NCBI GenBank assembly: GCA_031393885.1
Contig: JANMWG010000132.1
Coordinates: forward strand, 1-55,062
Length of the DNA: 55,062 nt
Source: Betaproteobacteria bacterium
Lineage (GTDB): Bacteria > Pseudomonadota > Gammaproteobacteria > Burkholderiales > Ga0077523
Direction: 5' to 3'
Below, piece by piece: positions 45,544 to 55,062 of the stretch (the first letter of the stretch is position 1; every line of letters begins with the position of its first letter). Made by a program: the position numbers and the translations under genes. Under the pieces are notes generated by a model. It saw only the letters and a program-made list of their open reading frames with translations, was not told where the DNA came from and ran no database searches.

Positions 45544-47001
45544 TCAGGCGGTACCGCCAACCGTCAGCCCGTCGATGCGCAGCGTCGGCTGGCCCACCCC
45601 GACCGGGACACTCTGCCCATCCTTGCCGCAGGTGCCCACGCCGGGATCGAGACACATGTCGTTGCCGATCATCGACACCTGCTTGAGGATCTCGGGGCCG
45701 TTGCCGATCAGGGTCGCGCCTTTCACCGGTTGGGTCACCACGCCATCTTCGATCAGATAAGCCTCGGCGGTACTGAACACGAACTTGCCGCTGACGATGT
45801 CGACCTGCCCGCCGCCGAAGTTGGCGGCGTAGAGGCCGCGCTTCACCGAGCGCAGGATCTCCTGCGGATCGCGGTCGCCATTGAGCATGTAGGTATTGGT
45901 CATGCGCGGCATCGGAATGTGCGCATACGACTCGCGCCTGCCGTTGCCTGTGACCGGAACGCCCATCAGGCGCGCATTCATGGAATCCTGCAGATAGCCA
46001 CGCAGCACACCGTCCTCGATCAGGGTCGTGCATTGCGTGGGGTTGCCCTCGTCGTCGACATTGAGCGACCCGCGCCGCTGCGCGATGGTGCCGTCGTCGA
46101 CCACCGTGATGCCGGGAGCGGCAACGCGTTCGCCGACGCGGCCACTGAAGGCGGAGCTGCCCTTGCGGTTGAAGTCTCCCTCCAGGCCATGGCCGATCGC
46201 CTCGTGCAGGAGGATGCCGGGCCAGCCCGGCCCCAGCACCACGGTCATGGTTCCAGCCGGCGCCGGCTTCGCGGCGAGATTGGTCACTGCCTGGTGGACT
46301 GCCCGCTGCGCGTAGTCGCGCAGGCGCTCATCGGTGAACCAGTCGTACTCGAAGCGTCCGCCGCCGCCGGCCGACCCCTGCTCGCGTCGTCCGCCCTCCT
46401 CGGCAATCACCTGCAACGACAGCCGCACCAGAGGCCGGACATCGGCGGCCATCAATCCGTCGCTGCGTGCCACCATCACCACTTCGTATTCCCCGGCCAG
46501 CCCGGCGATCACCTGGGTGACCCGCGGATCGGCGGCACGGGCATAGCGCTCGAGGCGTTCCAGCAAGGCGACCTTGTCGGTGTCGGCAAGGCTCACCAGC
46601 GGATCGACGCCGCGGTACAGATCGCGCGCGACACCGCGTTGCGGGGCGGCGGCGACACCGCTGCCACCCTGCCCGGCAATGGCGCGGGTTGCACGCGCCG
46701 CGGATTCGAGCGCGCCCAGGCTGATGTCGTCAGAGTAGGCAAACGCGGTTTTTTCGCCACTCAGGACCCGCACGCCAACACCCTGGTCGATAGAGAAGCT
46801 GCCTGACTTGACCTGGCCTTCTTCGAGGCTCCAGCCCTCGCTGCGGGTGTACTGGAAATACAGATCGGCATAGTCGGCGGCACGGGTCATGATGCTGCCG
46901 AACACCCGCGCCAGACTGCCATGGTCGAGCTGGTAGGGCGCCAGCAGCATCGACTCGGCAATGGCCAGCGAGGTATCAGGGGCGCGAAGGGTTTCGATCA
47001 T
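45544..47001 (-). CDS. tldD: Metalloprotease TldD
   Basis: [38 protein letters not shown]...[11 protein letters not shown]... is canonical TldD with the HExxxH-like motif. Confidence 0.93.
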   Translation of the reverse strand: MIETLRAPDTSLAIAESMLLAPYQLDHGSLARVFGSIMTRAADYADLYFQYTRSEGWSLEEGQVKSGSFSIDQGVGVRVLSGEKTAFAYSDDISLGALESAARATRAIAGQGGSGVAAAPQRGVARDLYRGVDPLVSLADTDKVALLERLERYARAADPRVTQVIAGLAGEYEVVMVARSDGLMAADVRPLVRLSLQVIAEEGGRREQGSAGGGGRFEYDWFTDERLRDYAQRAVHQAVTNLAAKPAPAGTMTVVLGPGWPGILLHEAIGHGLEGDFNRKGSSAFSGRVGERVAAPGITVVDDGTIAQRRGSLNVDDEGNPTQCTTLIEDGVLRGYLQDSMNARLMGVPVTGNGRRESYAHIPMPRMTNTYMLNGDRDPQEILRSVKRGLYAANFGGGQVDIVSGKFVFSTAEAYLIEDGVVTQPVKGATLIGNGPEILKQVSMIGNDMCLDPGVGTCGKDGQSVPVGVGQPTLRIDGLTVGGTA

Positions 47002-47089
47002 GGGGTAGTTTCGTGGATTGGACTGCAGTTGGGAAACAGTGCTCGCGACAGGCGCGGGAGCGGCGGAATGTCTGCCATGGCGGCGCGAA

Positions 47090-47956
47090 TCAGGCCGCCG
47101 GGACCAGCGTTCGGTGCGCGAGCGCCGGCAGGCTGTCGCGCATGCGTCTACGGAAGCTGGGGTCGACCGTGGCGATCACAACGCCCGGCGACTTGTCGCG
47201 ACAGGCGAGCACGGTACCCCACGGATCGATCACCATGCTGTGGCCATGGGTCTCGCGGCCGCTGGGATGCACGCCGCCCTGGGCAGGAGCGACCACATAG
47301 GCGAGGTTTTCGATGGCACGCGCCCGGAGCAGGGTTTCCCAGTGCGCCTTGCCGGTGGTTGACGTGAACGCCGACGGCACCAGGATGATGTCGACCTCTC
47401 CCATTGCCCGATACAGCTCGGGAAACCGTACGTCGTAGCAAACCGAAAGACCGAGACGCCCGAAAGGTGAATCGACGGTGCGCACGGTCTGCCCCGCGAC
47501 AATGGTGCGGGCTTCGCTGAATTTCTCGCCGGCCAGATCGAGGCCGAACAGGTGGATCTTGTCGTAGCGCATGACTCGCGCCCCGCCATCGTCGTAGACG
47601 AGCAGGCTGTTGAACACCCGACCCGGATCGGGCGACCGCAGCGGGACGGAGCCACCCACCAGCCAGACCTTGTGCTCGCGCGCGGTCGCCGCCAGGAATG
47701 CCTGGATCGGACCGGCGCCATCGGCTTCTGCCACCGCCAGCTTGTCGGTATCGCGCAACCCCATGATCCCGAAGTATTCGGGCAGCGCGATGAGCTTCGC
47801 GCCGGCCGCAGCCGCCTCGGCCACCAGACGCCCGGCGGCGACCAGATTGACCGCGACGTCCGGCCCGGAAACGGTCTGGATCGCGCCGACCAGGAAGCGA
47901 GCGCCGACGACGTCCGGGGCGAAGGTATCCGCCACTGCTCGGGGATCATTCGGCAC
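47090..47956 (-). CDS. Carbon-nitrogen hydrolase family protein (Nit/omega-amidase-like)
   Basis: The E-K-C triad contexts are IALPEYF, YDKIHLF and [12 protein letters not shown]. Confidence 0.88.
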   Translation of the reverse strand: MPNDPRAVADTFAPDVVGARFLVGAIQTVSGPDVAVNLVAAGRLVAEAAAAGAKLIALPEYFGIMGLRDTDKLAVAEADGAGPIQAFLAATAREHKVWLVGGSVPLRSPDPGRVFNSLLVYDDGGARVMRYDKIHLFGLDLAGEKFSEARTIVAGQTVRTVDSPFGRLGLSVCYDVRFPELYRAMGEVDIILVPSAFTSTTGKAHWETLLRARAIENLAYVVAPAQGGVHPSGRETHGHSMVIDPWGTVLACRDKSPGVVIATVDPSFRRRMRDSLPALAHRTLVPAA

Positions 47957-47987
47957 GATCCGGGCCGCTGGTTTTCATGGACGCAGT

Positions 47988-50900
47988 TTAGCGCCGACCG
48001 GACGGCTCCGGTGCCGCAGTCGCCCGCAGAACCTTCCGGACCACCGGATCCTCCCATTTGCCGGTGACGCGGTATTCGAAGGCGGCCAGATTGTCGATCG
48101 GGTTGCTCAGTGCGCGACCGAGGATCAGCGCCGCCAGACCGGCAATCGGATTGACGATGGCGGTGCCCACCGCGATGCTGTCGCTGATCGACGGGATCAC
48201 CTTGACCTCGAGATCCTGGGTTTCCGCCCCGAGGTCCACCTGGCCCTTCATGCTCACGCGTGCGCTCGAGCCGATCATCTTCATGTCGGCGGTGCGCATC
48301 ACGCCGCCGCCGATATCGAACTTGCCGCCGATCTGATCGAAGGCGAAACCCTGACTGAAAATGTCATGAAAATCGAGCGAGATGCGGCGCGGCAGCGACT
48401 GCAGGCTGATGACTCCGAGCAACTTGGCGATCCCCGGTTCGGCGCGCGTGAACTGCCCCTTGCGTGCATCCAGCGTCAGTTTCCCGGCAAGGCTGGGGTA
48501 ATCGATGGCATAGGGCGAGCCCGCCCAGGACACCTTGCCCTCGAGACTTGCCTTGCCTCCTTTCACGCCTTCCGGCAGTTTGAGGCGCCGGAACAAACCG
48601 CCGATGTCGTCCACCTGCAGGCGCACGTCGAACTGGCTCAACGGCTGTCCGCCGGCCAGTCGCCAGCTTCCCAGTGCCGACAGATGGCCCTCGGGGGCTT
48701 TCAGATCGAGCTGGTCGAGCTGCCAGATCGCCCCCACCGGCCGCGCGACGAGCTTGAGCGCCCCGAGGTCGCGTGCGCCGAGATGGAAGCTGTCGGCAGT
48801 CACATCGAAGGCCGGCAGATCGCGACCACCGATGGGCTCGATCGGACTGGTCGCCGCGGCATCCGCGGCCTCGGGGATGTGCAGACGGCTCAGGTGAGCG
48901 GTCAGCACGCCGGCACCACCGCTGCGCCAGTCGATATCCCCGGCGACCTGGCGGCTGCCGATCGCTCCGTTCCACAAGTCGCCATGGTGCTCGGCACGCA
49001 AGGTGACCTGGTCGATCTCGCGGCCGAACACTTCGACCGCATTTGCCTTCAGGTCGAATCCCAGGATCGGCGTTGCCGTCTCGTCGGCATCGCCACGATG
49101 GGCCGCCAGCACATCGAACCAGGCATCGACATCGATGCGGTCGAGCACCCCGGTCAACCGGATGCCGTTCTGTTCCGGCAGCACCGCCTCGGTATCGATG
49201 GCGACAGCGCCACGGCGCACCTGGATGCCGGCCCCGTTGTCCCCCAGCAGCAGGGTCGCGTTGAGCATCTTGCCGACGCTGATCTGCACGAGCTGATCGG
49301 CACCCCGCGGGCGGCGCACCAGATGCAGCGGACGGATTTCGGCGGCGGCCTTGCCCAGCGGCGCGGGCAGATTGACCGCCAAGCCGGCCAGCGAACTGTC
49401 GACGACCACTTCGACCTTGCCCTTGCGGGCGGTGATCGATGCCTTCCAGTCCGCCTCGCCGTCGACCACACCAAGCCACGTCGATGCGACTTGGCGGCGC
49501 ACACGAGCCATATTGATCCGCCCGCCAGCGGTGACGGTCGTGATACCCCGCTCCGACAGCACGTCGAAGTGCACCGGATTGTCGAGGATCGTCGCGGTGG
49601 CGCCACGCACCCGCGCGCCGCCGTCGCTGAACTCCAGCAGCGCATTGACGCCGCTCAGGGTCGGGATCTCGTCGTCGGACTGGATGCGGTTGTCGATGAA
49701 GCGGTAAGTCCCGGAGATGGAAGAGTCGGCGGCGTGGTTCAGGGGCACCACCAGGTCGAGCGCGAGCCGGCCGTTGCCCTGCGCGGTACGACCCCGCGAC
49801 GCCCCGCCGATCATCTCGCGCAGCGGGCTTTCCTCGATGAAGCGGAAGAACTCCTGGGTGGGGCCATCGGCGCTGCCGCTGACGCGAAGCCCAGGATCGT
49901 GGCTGGAGAGATCGGGAATGGCCACCTTGGTCTTTCGCAGCGCGGCGCCGAGCACGCGGCCATCGGCCTGCGCGTCCATGCGGTTGCCACGAAAGGTGAG
50001 CGTCCCGGCGATGTCGTCGATCGCGGGCCAGCCCGGCGCATAGGCGATGCGCACCTTGCGCACCGGCACGACGACTTCGAAGATGCCGTTCGAACCGGCA
50101 TCCTCGAACGGAAACCCGGCCAGGTTGCCGCGCAGGCGCAGACGCACGTCGCGCGCCTCGCCGGCCTCGAGCGACGCCTTGAGCCACGCGCGCGTCTCCG
50201 GCCCCAGGATTCTCGGCAGATAGTGCGGCACGCTGGTGACGCCGGCCCGGGTCAGAACGGCGGTCAGGTCGATCACGCCGGCGGTCTCGGGCACCGATTG
50301 CCAGGTACCGCTTGCACTGCCCTCGAGATCGGCATTGGCGAAACGCAGGCGATTCAGCGACACCACCGCCCGCCCGGATTGCAGCGACCATTCGACGCGG
50401 CCGGCCAGGCTGCCGAACGCCAACGGATCGATCATGACGTGCGGCACCGCCAGCGTCACGGGTGTCTCCTCGAGATCGAGGGCCCCGCCACGCTGGTCGG
50501 CCTGGAGATGCCCGGTCAGCCCGCGGAACCCTGGTACCTGGCCCGATGGCTGCGCCGCCAGACCGACGAAGCGCGCCGAGACCGAATACTTCGGCGTCGT
50601 GCCCGCGGTCCAGTCGAGCGCCAGCTTCTCGATGCGCCCCTCCGGTCGCGTCGCCATCAGCAGCGTGCGAGCGGCCTCGTCGAGCGGCATGACGCTCGCA
50701 ATCGCCATGAGCGGCGCGATGTCGAGCGTGTCGGCTTCGACTTCCAACCGATCGATGCCATCGGTCTTCGGGCGGGCGTGGACACGCACCAGGGCGGTCG
50801 TCGCCCGCATGGCCCGACCGTCCGCGAGCCGCAGTGACACCCGGCGGGCACCGAAGGCATGGCCATCGGCGAGGCTGCCATACGTGAGCCGCCCCTGAAG

Positions 50901-51929
50901 CGCCGCCAATTCGAGCGGCGCCACACCCGCCACACCCGCCACACCCGCCACACCCGCGGCCGTCAGGCCCGCGACCCTGACGTCGGCGGTCGCCTGCTGC
51001 ACCCGGCCATCCGCCAGGTCGGCCCACGCCTCGACATCGGTCAATCCGGAACGCACGGCGAACGGGAGATCGACCCATTGGCTCAGCGCTCCCAGGTCGA
51101 CCAGTTCAGCCCGCAGGTAGAGCCGGCCGCGCAGCCCCGGTGCGTCGGCCTGGCCACGGCGCCGCAGTTCGCCGCGCAGGTCGATCGGCGCGCCGAGCGC
51201 TGTTGGCGGCACAACGCGGACCCCGAAACGATGGAACCGCAGGCCGTTGTCCAGACGCAGATCGACATGTCCGAGCACCAATGGCGGCGCAGCGCGCGCC
51301 TCATCGATCCAGGTCACCTCGGCGTCGTGAACCTCGACCAGCGACTGATGCAGCACCCAATCGCCGAATCCGCCCTGATCGGCGTTGTCGTCGAGACGAA
51401 AACCTCCGACCGAAACATGCCCCGCACGATCACGCCGGACGGTCAGCGCCGGGGCCTCGACCGAGAGCTGGTGCAAGCGCAAGCCGAACAGCATCACCGA
51501 GCGCCAGGCCAGCACGGCGTGCGCCCGCCCGAGTTCGAGGGCCGGCCGATCCTGCCGGTCGAACACGACGATGCCGGACAAGGACAGGCTCGGCCGATAG
51601 CCGCTCCATTCGCCCTCGATGCGGGCAATGGTGATGTGCTGCCCGGCCGCATCGGAGACCGTGTGTTCGACCCAGGGCCGGTAGCGGTCGATATCCGGCA
51701 ATACGTAGTAGCGGAGCGTCAGCACCCCGACGGCAAGGACGGCTCCGCCGATCAGCACCAGCCGGGTCAATGCCCGATATACCCACAGCGAGGCGTGCGG
51801 TACAGCGTGGATATGATGAGGTCGGAACAAGCGGACGGCAGTGGCCGAAGTGCGGGTGGAAGGAAGCCGACGCCATACAATCGAAGGTGCGTCGCGGCAG
51901 GTCCGGGCAACCGGGGGGGTACGCTCCAC
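47988..51929 (-). CDS. yhdP: YhdP-family (AsmA-like, DUF3971) giant envelope protein; start codon uncertain
   Basis: About 1300 aa with an N-terminal TM LTRLVLIGGAVLAVGVLTL, long beta-rich repeats, and a C-terminal ...EYRVTGKWEDPVV typical of YhdP. Sits in the tldD-nit-yhdP context. Confidence 0.85.
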   Translation of the reverse strand: MERTPPVARTCRDAPSIVWRRLPSTRTSATAVRLFRPHHIHAVPHASLWVYRALTRLVLIGGAVLAVGVLTLRYYVLPDIDRYRPWVEHTVSDAAGQHITIARIEGEWSGYRPSLSLSGIVVFDRQDRPALELGRAHAVLAWRSVMLFGLRLHQLSVEAPALTVRRDRAGHVSVGGFRLDDNADQGGFGDWVLHQSLVEVHDAEVTWIDEARAAPPLVLGHVDLRLDNGLRFHRFGVRVVPPTALGAPIDLRGELRRRGQADAPGLRGRLYLRAELVDLGALSQWVDLPFAVRSGLTDVEAWADLADGRVQQATADVRVAGLTAAGVAGVAGVAGVAPLELAALQGRLTYGSLADGHAFGARRVSLRLADGRAMRATTALVRVHARPKTDGIDRLEVEADTLDIAPLMAIASVMPLDEAARTLLMATRPEGRIEKLALDWTAGTTPKYSVSARFVGLAAQPSGQVPGFRGLTGHLQADQRGGALDLEETPVTLAVPHVMIDPLAFGSLAGRVEWSLQSGRAVVSLNRLRFANADLEGSASGTWQSVPETAGVIDLTAVLTRAGVTSVPHYLPRILGPETRAWLKASLEAGEARDVRLRLRGNLAGFPFEDAGSNGIFEVVVPVRKVRIAYAPGWPAIDDIAGTLTFRGNRMDAQADGRVLGAALRKTKVAIPDLSSHDPGLRVSGSADGPTQEFFRFIEESPLREMIGGASRGRTAQGNGRLALDLVVPLNHAADSSISGTYRFIDNRIQSDDEIPTLSGVNALLEFSDGGARVRGATATILDNPVHFDVLSERGITTVTAGGRINMARVRRQVASTWLGVVDGEADWKASITARKGKVEVVVDSSLAGLAVNLPAPLGKAAAEIRPLHLVRRPRGADQLVQISVGKMLNATLLLGDNGAGIQVRRGAVAIDTEAVLPEQNGIRLTGVLDRIDVDAWFDVLAAHRGDADETATPILGFDLKANAVEVFGREIDQVTLRAEHHGDLWNGAIGSRQVAGDIDWRSGGAGVLTAHLSRLHIPEAADAAATSPIEPIGGRDLPAFDVTADSFHLGARDLGALKLVARPVGAIWQLDQLDLKAPEGHLSALGSWRLAGGQPLSQFDVRLQVDDIGGLFRRLKLPEGVKGGKASLEGKVSWAGSPYAIDYPSLAGKLTLDARKGQFTRAEPGIAKLLGVISLQSLPRRISLDFHDIFSQGFAFDQIGGKFDIGGGVMRTADMKMIGSSARVSMKGQVDLGAETQDLEVKVIPSISDSIAVGTAIVNPIAGLAALILGRALSNPIDNLAAFEYRVTGKWEDPVVRKVLRATAAPEPSGRR
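50921..50956. repeat. In-frame 9-bp tandem repeat (ccacacccg x4) inside yhdP
   Basis: Encodes AGVAGVAGVAGV on the minus strand (protein context LTAAGVAGVAGVAGVAPLE). Confidence 0.9.
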
Positions 51930-51987
51930 CCGATCGGGGATCGGCCAGAAGTGAGACCGACAACCGGAATCGACACAAGTTTACCCC

Positions 51988-54738
51988 GTGACACCGACGT
52001 TTCCATCCGAGATGACCACCCAAAGCGCCCTCGGCGGGCTGCAGCCCGGCGCTGACCGCTCACCCGACGCGGGCGAGATGCTCGCGCACGCCGCGCGCTC
52101 ATCGCGCTACGCACGACGGCTGCTGGCCCGGGACCCGGAGCTGATCGATCCAGCCGATCTGGAGCTGCGGATCGCGCGCATCGACATGGCCGCTGCGCTC
52201 GACGCAGCCGACACTATCGACGAGCCGGGCCTGTGGCGAGCTTTGCGCCGCTTGCGCGCACGCACGATGCTGCACCTGATCGCGCGCGACCTGGCCGGTG
52301 CGGCGCCGCTATCGGAGGTCACCGGCACGATGTCCGATCTGGCGGAAGTCTGCATCGGCTTCGCCCTCGGCTGGCTCGACCGGCGCCTTGCCACCGTTCA
52401 CGGTGAACCGCTGCACGCCGATGGTCGCCGACCGCGGCTCATCGTGGTCGCGATGGGCAAGCTCGGCGGGCGCGAACTCAACGTGTCGTCCGACATCGAC
52501 CTCGTGTTCGTCCATCCGGAAGGCCTTGATACGACGGGCCCACGACCACTGTCGTGCCACGAGTACTTCGCCCGGCTCGGGCGCAAGCTGGTGGCGGCCT
52601 TGAACGACATCACCGAAGACGGTTTCGTGTTCCGGGTCGACATGCGCCTGCGCCCCTATGGCGACAGCGGTCCGCTGGTGTGCAGTCTCGACACCCTCGA
52701 AAGCTACCTGACCGTGCAGGGCCGTGCCTGGGAGCGCTATGCCTGGGTGAAGGGGCGCGCGCTCACCGGTGACCGCCACGACGAACTCGCTGCGATCGTG
52801 ACGCCCTTCGTCTATCGGCGTCACCTCGACTTCAGCGCCATCCAGTCGATGCGCGAGCTGCACGCCCAGGTGCGGGCGGAAGTCCTGCGCCGCGACAGCA
52901 TCGACAACATCAAGCTCGGCCCCGGCGGCATCCGCGAGATCGAATTCACCGCCCAGGTGTTCCAGCTGATCCGCGGCGGCCACGATCCGGCGCTGCGGGT
53001 CCGGCCGACGCTGGGCGCACTGGAGGTGATCGGCGAGCGCGGGCTGATGCCCCGACCGGTGCTGGCGAAGCTCATGGCGGCCTACGATTTCCTGCGCCGC
53101 CTCGAGCACCGACTGCAGTATCTCGACGACCAGCAGACCCAGAGCCTGCCGACCGGCGAAGCCGACCGCGAAACCGTGGCGCACGACATGGGCGCCACCG
53201 ACCATGCGGCGCTGATGACGGCTCTCCACGGTCACCGGACCATCGTCGCCGACGCCTTCAACAGCCTGTTCGCCGGGTCGCCTGCGCCGGCCGAGGGCGA
53301 GGTCGATCCCCTCGATATGGTTGTGCTGGCGACGGCCGACGATGCCGAAGCGACGGCCCAGATCGGCACCCTCGGCTTCGCTGATCCTGCCCGCGCATTG
53401 GGCCGGATCGCGACCCTGCGCGCCAGCGCCCGCTTTCGGCGCATGTCGGCGTCGGGGCAGACGCGCTTCGATCGGTTGCTGCCACGCCTGCTGCGCGCCG
53501 CTGCGGCCGGTACACCGCCCGACACGACGTTCGAGCGCCTGCTCGACATCGTCGAAACCATCGGACGGCGTGAATCCTATCTCGCCCTGCTGCTGGAGTT
53601 TCCACGCGCCCTGACCGCCCTCGCCGAGCTGGTATCGCTATCCGCATGGGCCTGTTCCTACCTGGCGAGACAGCCGATGCTGCTCGACGAACTGATCGAC
53701 CCGAACCAGCAGGCCGAGCCCGACTGGGCGGCACTGGCAGGCGCGCTTCGCGCCGACCTCGCCACCGCGGACGACAACACCGAGCGCCAGATGGACCTGC
53801 TGCGCCACTTCAAGCATGGCCAGACCTTCCGCCTGCTGGTGCTGGACCTCGCCGGCGCTTTGTCGCTCGAGCGCCTCTCCGACCACCTGAGCGATCTCGC
53901 CGCAGTCGTTCTCGATAACGTACTGACCACCACCTGGCGACATCTGCGTACCCGGCATCGCGATCAGCCCTGCTTCGCGATCATCGGCTACGGCAAGCTC
54001 GGTGGCCGCGAGCTGGGCTACGAGAGCGATCTCGACATCATCTTCCTGCACGACGACGACGCGGCGGACGCGTCCGAGAACTATGCCCGTCTGGCGCAGC
54101 GCATCAACACCTGGCTCACCAGCCTGACACCGGCCGGCGTGCTCTACGAAACCGATCTGCGCCTGCGGCCGGATGGCGCCAGCGGCCTGCTGGTGAGCCG
54201 CGTCGACGCGTTTGCCGAATACCAGCACCGCAATGCCTGGGTATGGGAACACCAGGCGCTGACCAGGGCGCGATTCGTGGTCGGCGATGCGGCGATCGGC
54301 GCGCGTTTCGAAGCGCTGCGACGGGACATCCTGTGCCTGGAACGCGACCCGATGACCCTGCGGCGCGAGGTCGACGCCATGCGTACCCGCATGCGCGTCG
54401 AGCACCCGTCGCGTCCGGATTCGTTCGACCTCAAGCTCGACCCGGGCGGTATCGTCGACGTCGAGTTCGCCGTGCAGTTCCTGGTGCTGGCGCATGCGCA
54501 CCGCCATCCGGCGCTGATCGAGAACCGTGGCAACATCATGCTGCTGGCACAGGCCGAAGCGCTAGGGCTGCTGGCCCCGGGCGTGGGCAGCGGCGCTGCC
54601 GATGCCTATCGCGATTACCGCCGCCTGCAGCACAAGCTGCGACTCGGCGGCGAGCGCGAGCCACGCGTCGGCGCCGGCGAGTTGCAGGTTCAGCGCGCCG
54701 CCGTCGAACGCCTGTGGACCGCCGTCATGACTCCCTGA
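51988..54738 (+). CDS. glnE: Bifunctional glutamine synthetase adenylyltransferase/adenylyl-removing enzyme
   Basis: 916 aa with two nucleotidyltransferase modules (GKLGGRELNVSSDIDLVF and GKLGGRELGYESDLDIIFLH). The GTG start at 51988 is tentative. Confidence 0.93.
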   Translation: MTPTFPSEMTTQSALGGLQPGADRSPDAGEMLAHAARSSRYARRLLARDPELIDPADLELRIARIDMAAALDAADTIDEPGLWRALRRLRARTMLHLIARDLAGAAPLSEVTGTMSDLAEVCIGFALGWLDRRLATVHGEPLHADGRRPRLIVVAMGKLGGRELNVSSDIDLVFVHPEGLDTTGPRPLSCHEYFARLGRKLVAALNDITEDGFVFRVDMRLRPYGDSGPLVCSLDTLESYLTVQGRAWERYAWVKGRALTGDRHDELAAIVTPFVYRRHLDFSAIQSMRELHAQVRAEVLRRDSIDNIKLGPGGIREIEFTAQVFQLIRGGHDPALRVRPTLGALEVIGERGLMPRPVLAKLMAAYDFLRRLEHRLQYLDDQQTQSLPTGEADRETVAHDMGATDHAALMTALHGHRTIVADAFNSLFAGSPAPAEGEVDPLDMVVLATADDAEATAQIGTLGFADPARALGRIATLRASARFRRMSASGQTRFDRLLPRLLRAAAAGTPPDTTFERLLDIVETIGRRESYLALLLEFPRALTALAELVSLSAWACSYLARQPMLLDELIDPNQQAEPDWAALAGALRADLATADDNTERQMDLLRHFKHGQTFRLLVLDLAGALSLERLSDHLSDLAAVVLDNVLTTTWRHLRTRHRDQPCFAIIGYGKLGGRELGYESDLDIIFLHDDDAADASENYARLAQRINTWLTSLTPAGVLYETDLRLRPDGASGLLVSRVDAFAEYQHRNAWVWEHQALTRARFVVGDAAIGARFEALRRDILCLERDPMTLRREVDAMRTRMRVEHPSRPDSFDLKLDPGGIVDVEFAVQFLVLAHAHRHPALIENRGNIMLLAQAEALGLLAPGVGSGAADAYRDYRRLQHKLRLGGEREPRVGAGELQVQRAAVERLWTAVMTP

Positions 54739-54757
54739 GCGAACCACTTTTGACGTG

Positions 54758-55062
54758 GGAAGCGACTGGAGGGGGCAGTCTCAGAAGCGGAGGGGCAGTT
54801 CGCGCCGGGCCGCCAAGCGAACTGCTCCCCCGCAACGGTGAACGAAGGGTTCCTGCGAAGCGGAGGGGCAGCGCCCACAGGGTCCCCCGAGGACGCTGCG
54901 CCCCCTCGAGGGGGAAGGCGAAGCGCAGCGCAGCCTGGGGGTGGGCGTCACCTCCCCACAGGGTCCCCCGAGGACGCTGCGCCCCCTCGAGGGGGACGGC
55001 GACGCGCAGCGCAGACTGGGGGTGGGCGTCACCTCCCCGCAGGGTACCCAGAGGAATGTTGC
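54758..55062. repeat. REP-like repeat array, family R1, about 2.5 units, running to the window edge
   Basis: ...cccacagggtcccccgaggacgctgcgccccctcgagggggaaggcgaagcgcagcgcagcctgggggtgggcgtcacc... is repeated. Confidence 0.9.

Noticed and set aside
47610-51078. 1075-aa plus-strand and 904-aa minus-strand (other frame) ORFs overlapping yhdP
   Set aside because: Only the 47988-51929 frame gives a YhdP-like sequence (TM anchor, conserved C-terminus). The others are Arg/Ala/Gly-rich shadows.
1-55062. tRNA, rRNA or tmRNA genes
   Set aside because: The intergenic gaps are short and filled by repeats, leaders or terminators. I saw no T-loop-like GGTTCGAATCC context outside coding sequence. This is not a formal scan.

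Overview
GC-rich chromosomal window. Gene order (dapA-bamC, rnfB-nth, tldD-nit-yhdP-glnE, aat-bpt) suggests a beta- or gammaproteobacterium. I can support about 50 protein genes and found no rRNA, tRNA or CRISPR. Content by region: (1) 1-4.7 kb, a nickel module with a partial RcnA-like exporter, a TonB-dependent receptor divergent from nikR, and an OYE flavoenzyme. (2) 7-13 kb, an iron island with bfr, bfd, DUF2325, a cytochrome c/FTR1 permease fusion, a second TonB-dependent receptor and Fur-box-like sites. (3) 13-22 kb, an orphan second pqqA, a NarL-type two-component pair, pip, a very long TonB, then pqqABCDE. (4) 22-33 kb, housekeeping genes (slyD, bcp, roxA, dapA, bamC, sodC, aat, bpt, pyrD). 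(5) 33.8-38 kb, a 1169-aa fused GltD/NfnB-like plus PyrK/NfnA-like flavoprotein followed by an RnfB-like ferredoxin and nth. (6) 39.2-42.9 kb, a periplasmic module made of a SoxY-SoxZ fusion carrier, two MBL-fold hydrolases (one with a degenerate metal motif) and two monohaem cytochromes c; this is my top candidate for an uncharacterised system. (7) 43-55 kb, an ECF sigma/anti-sigma pair, tldD, nit, yhdP and glnE. A modular REP-like repeat family of roughly 100-bp units occupies seven intergenic loci. One copy is split by the 3' remnant of an IS110-family transposase gene. Two nearly identical 104-bp copies form an inverted pair around a 0.94-kb two-gene segment. All calls come from reading the translations and DNA by eye; no database search was run. 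Many long ORFs in the track are antisense or out-of-frame shadows typical of GC-rich DNA and were rejected.
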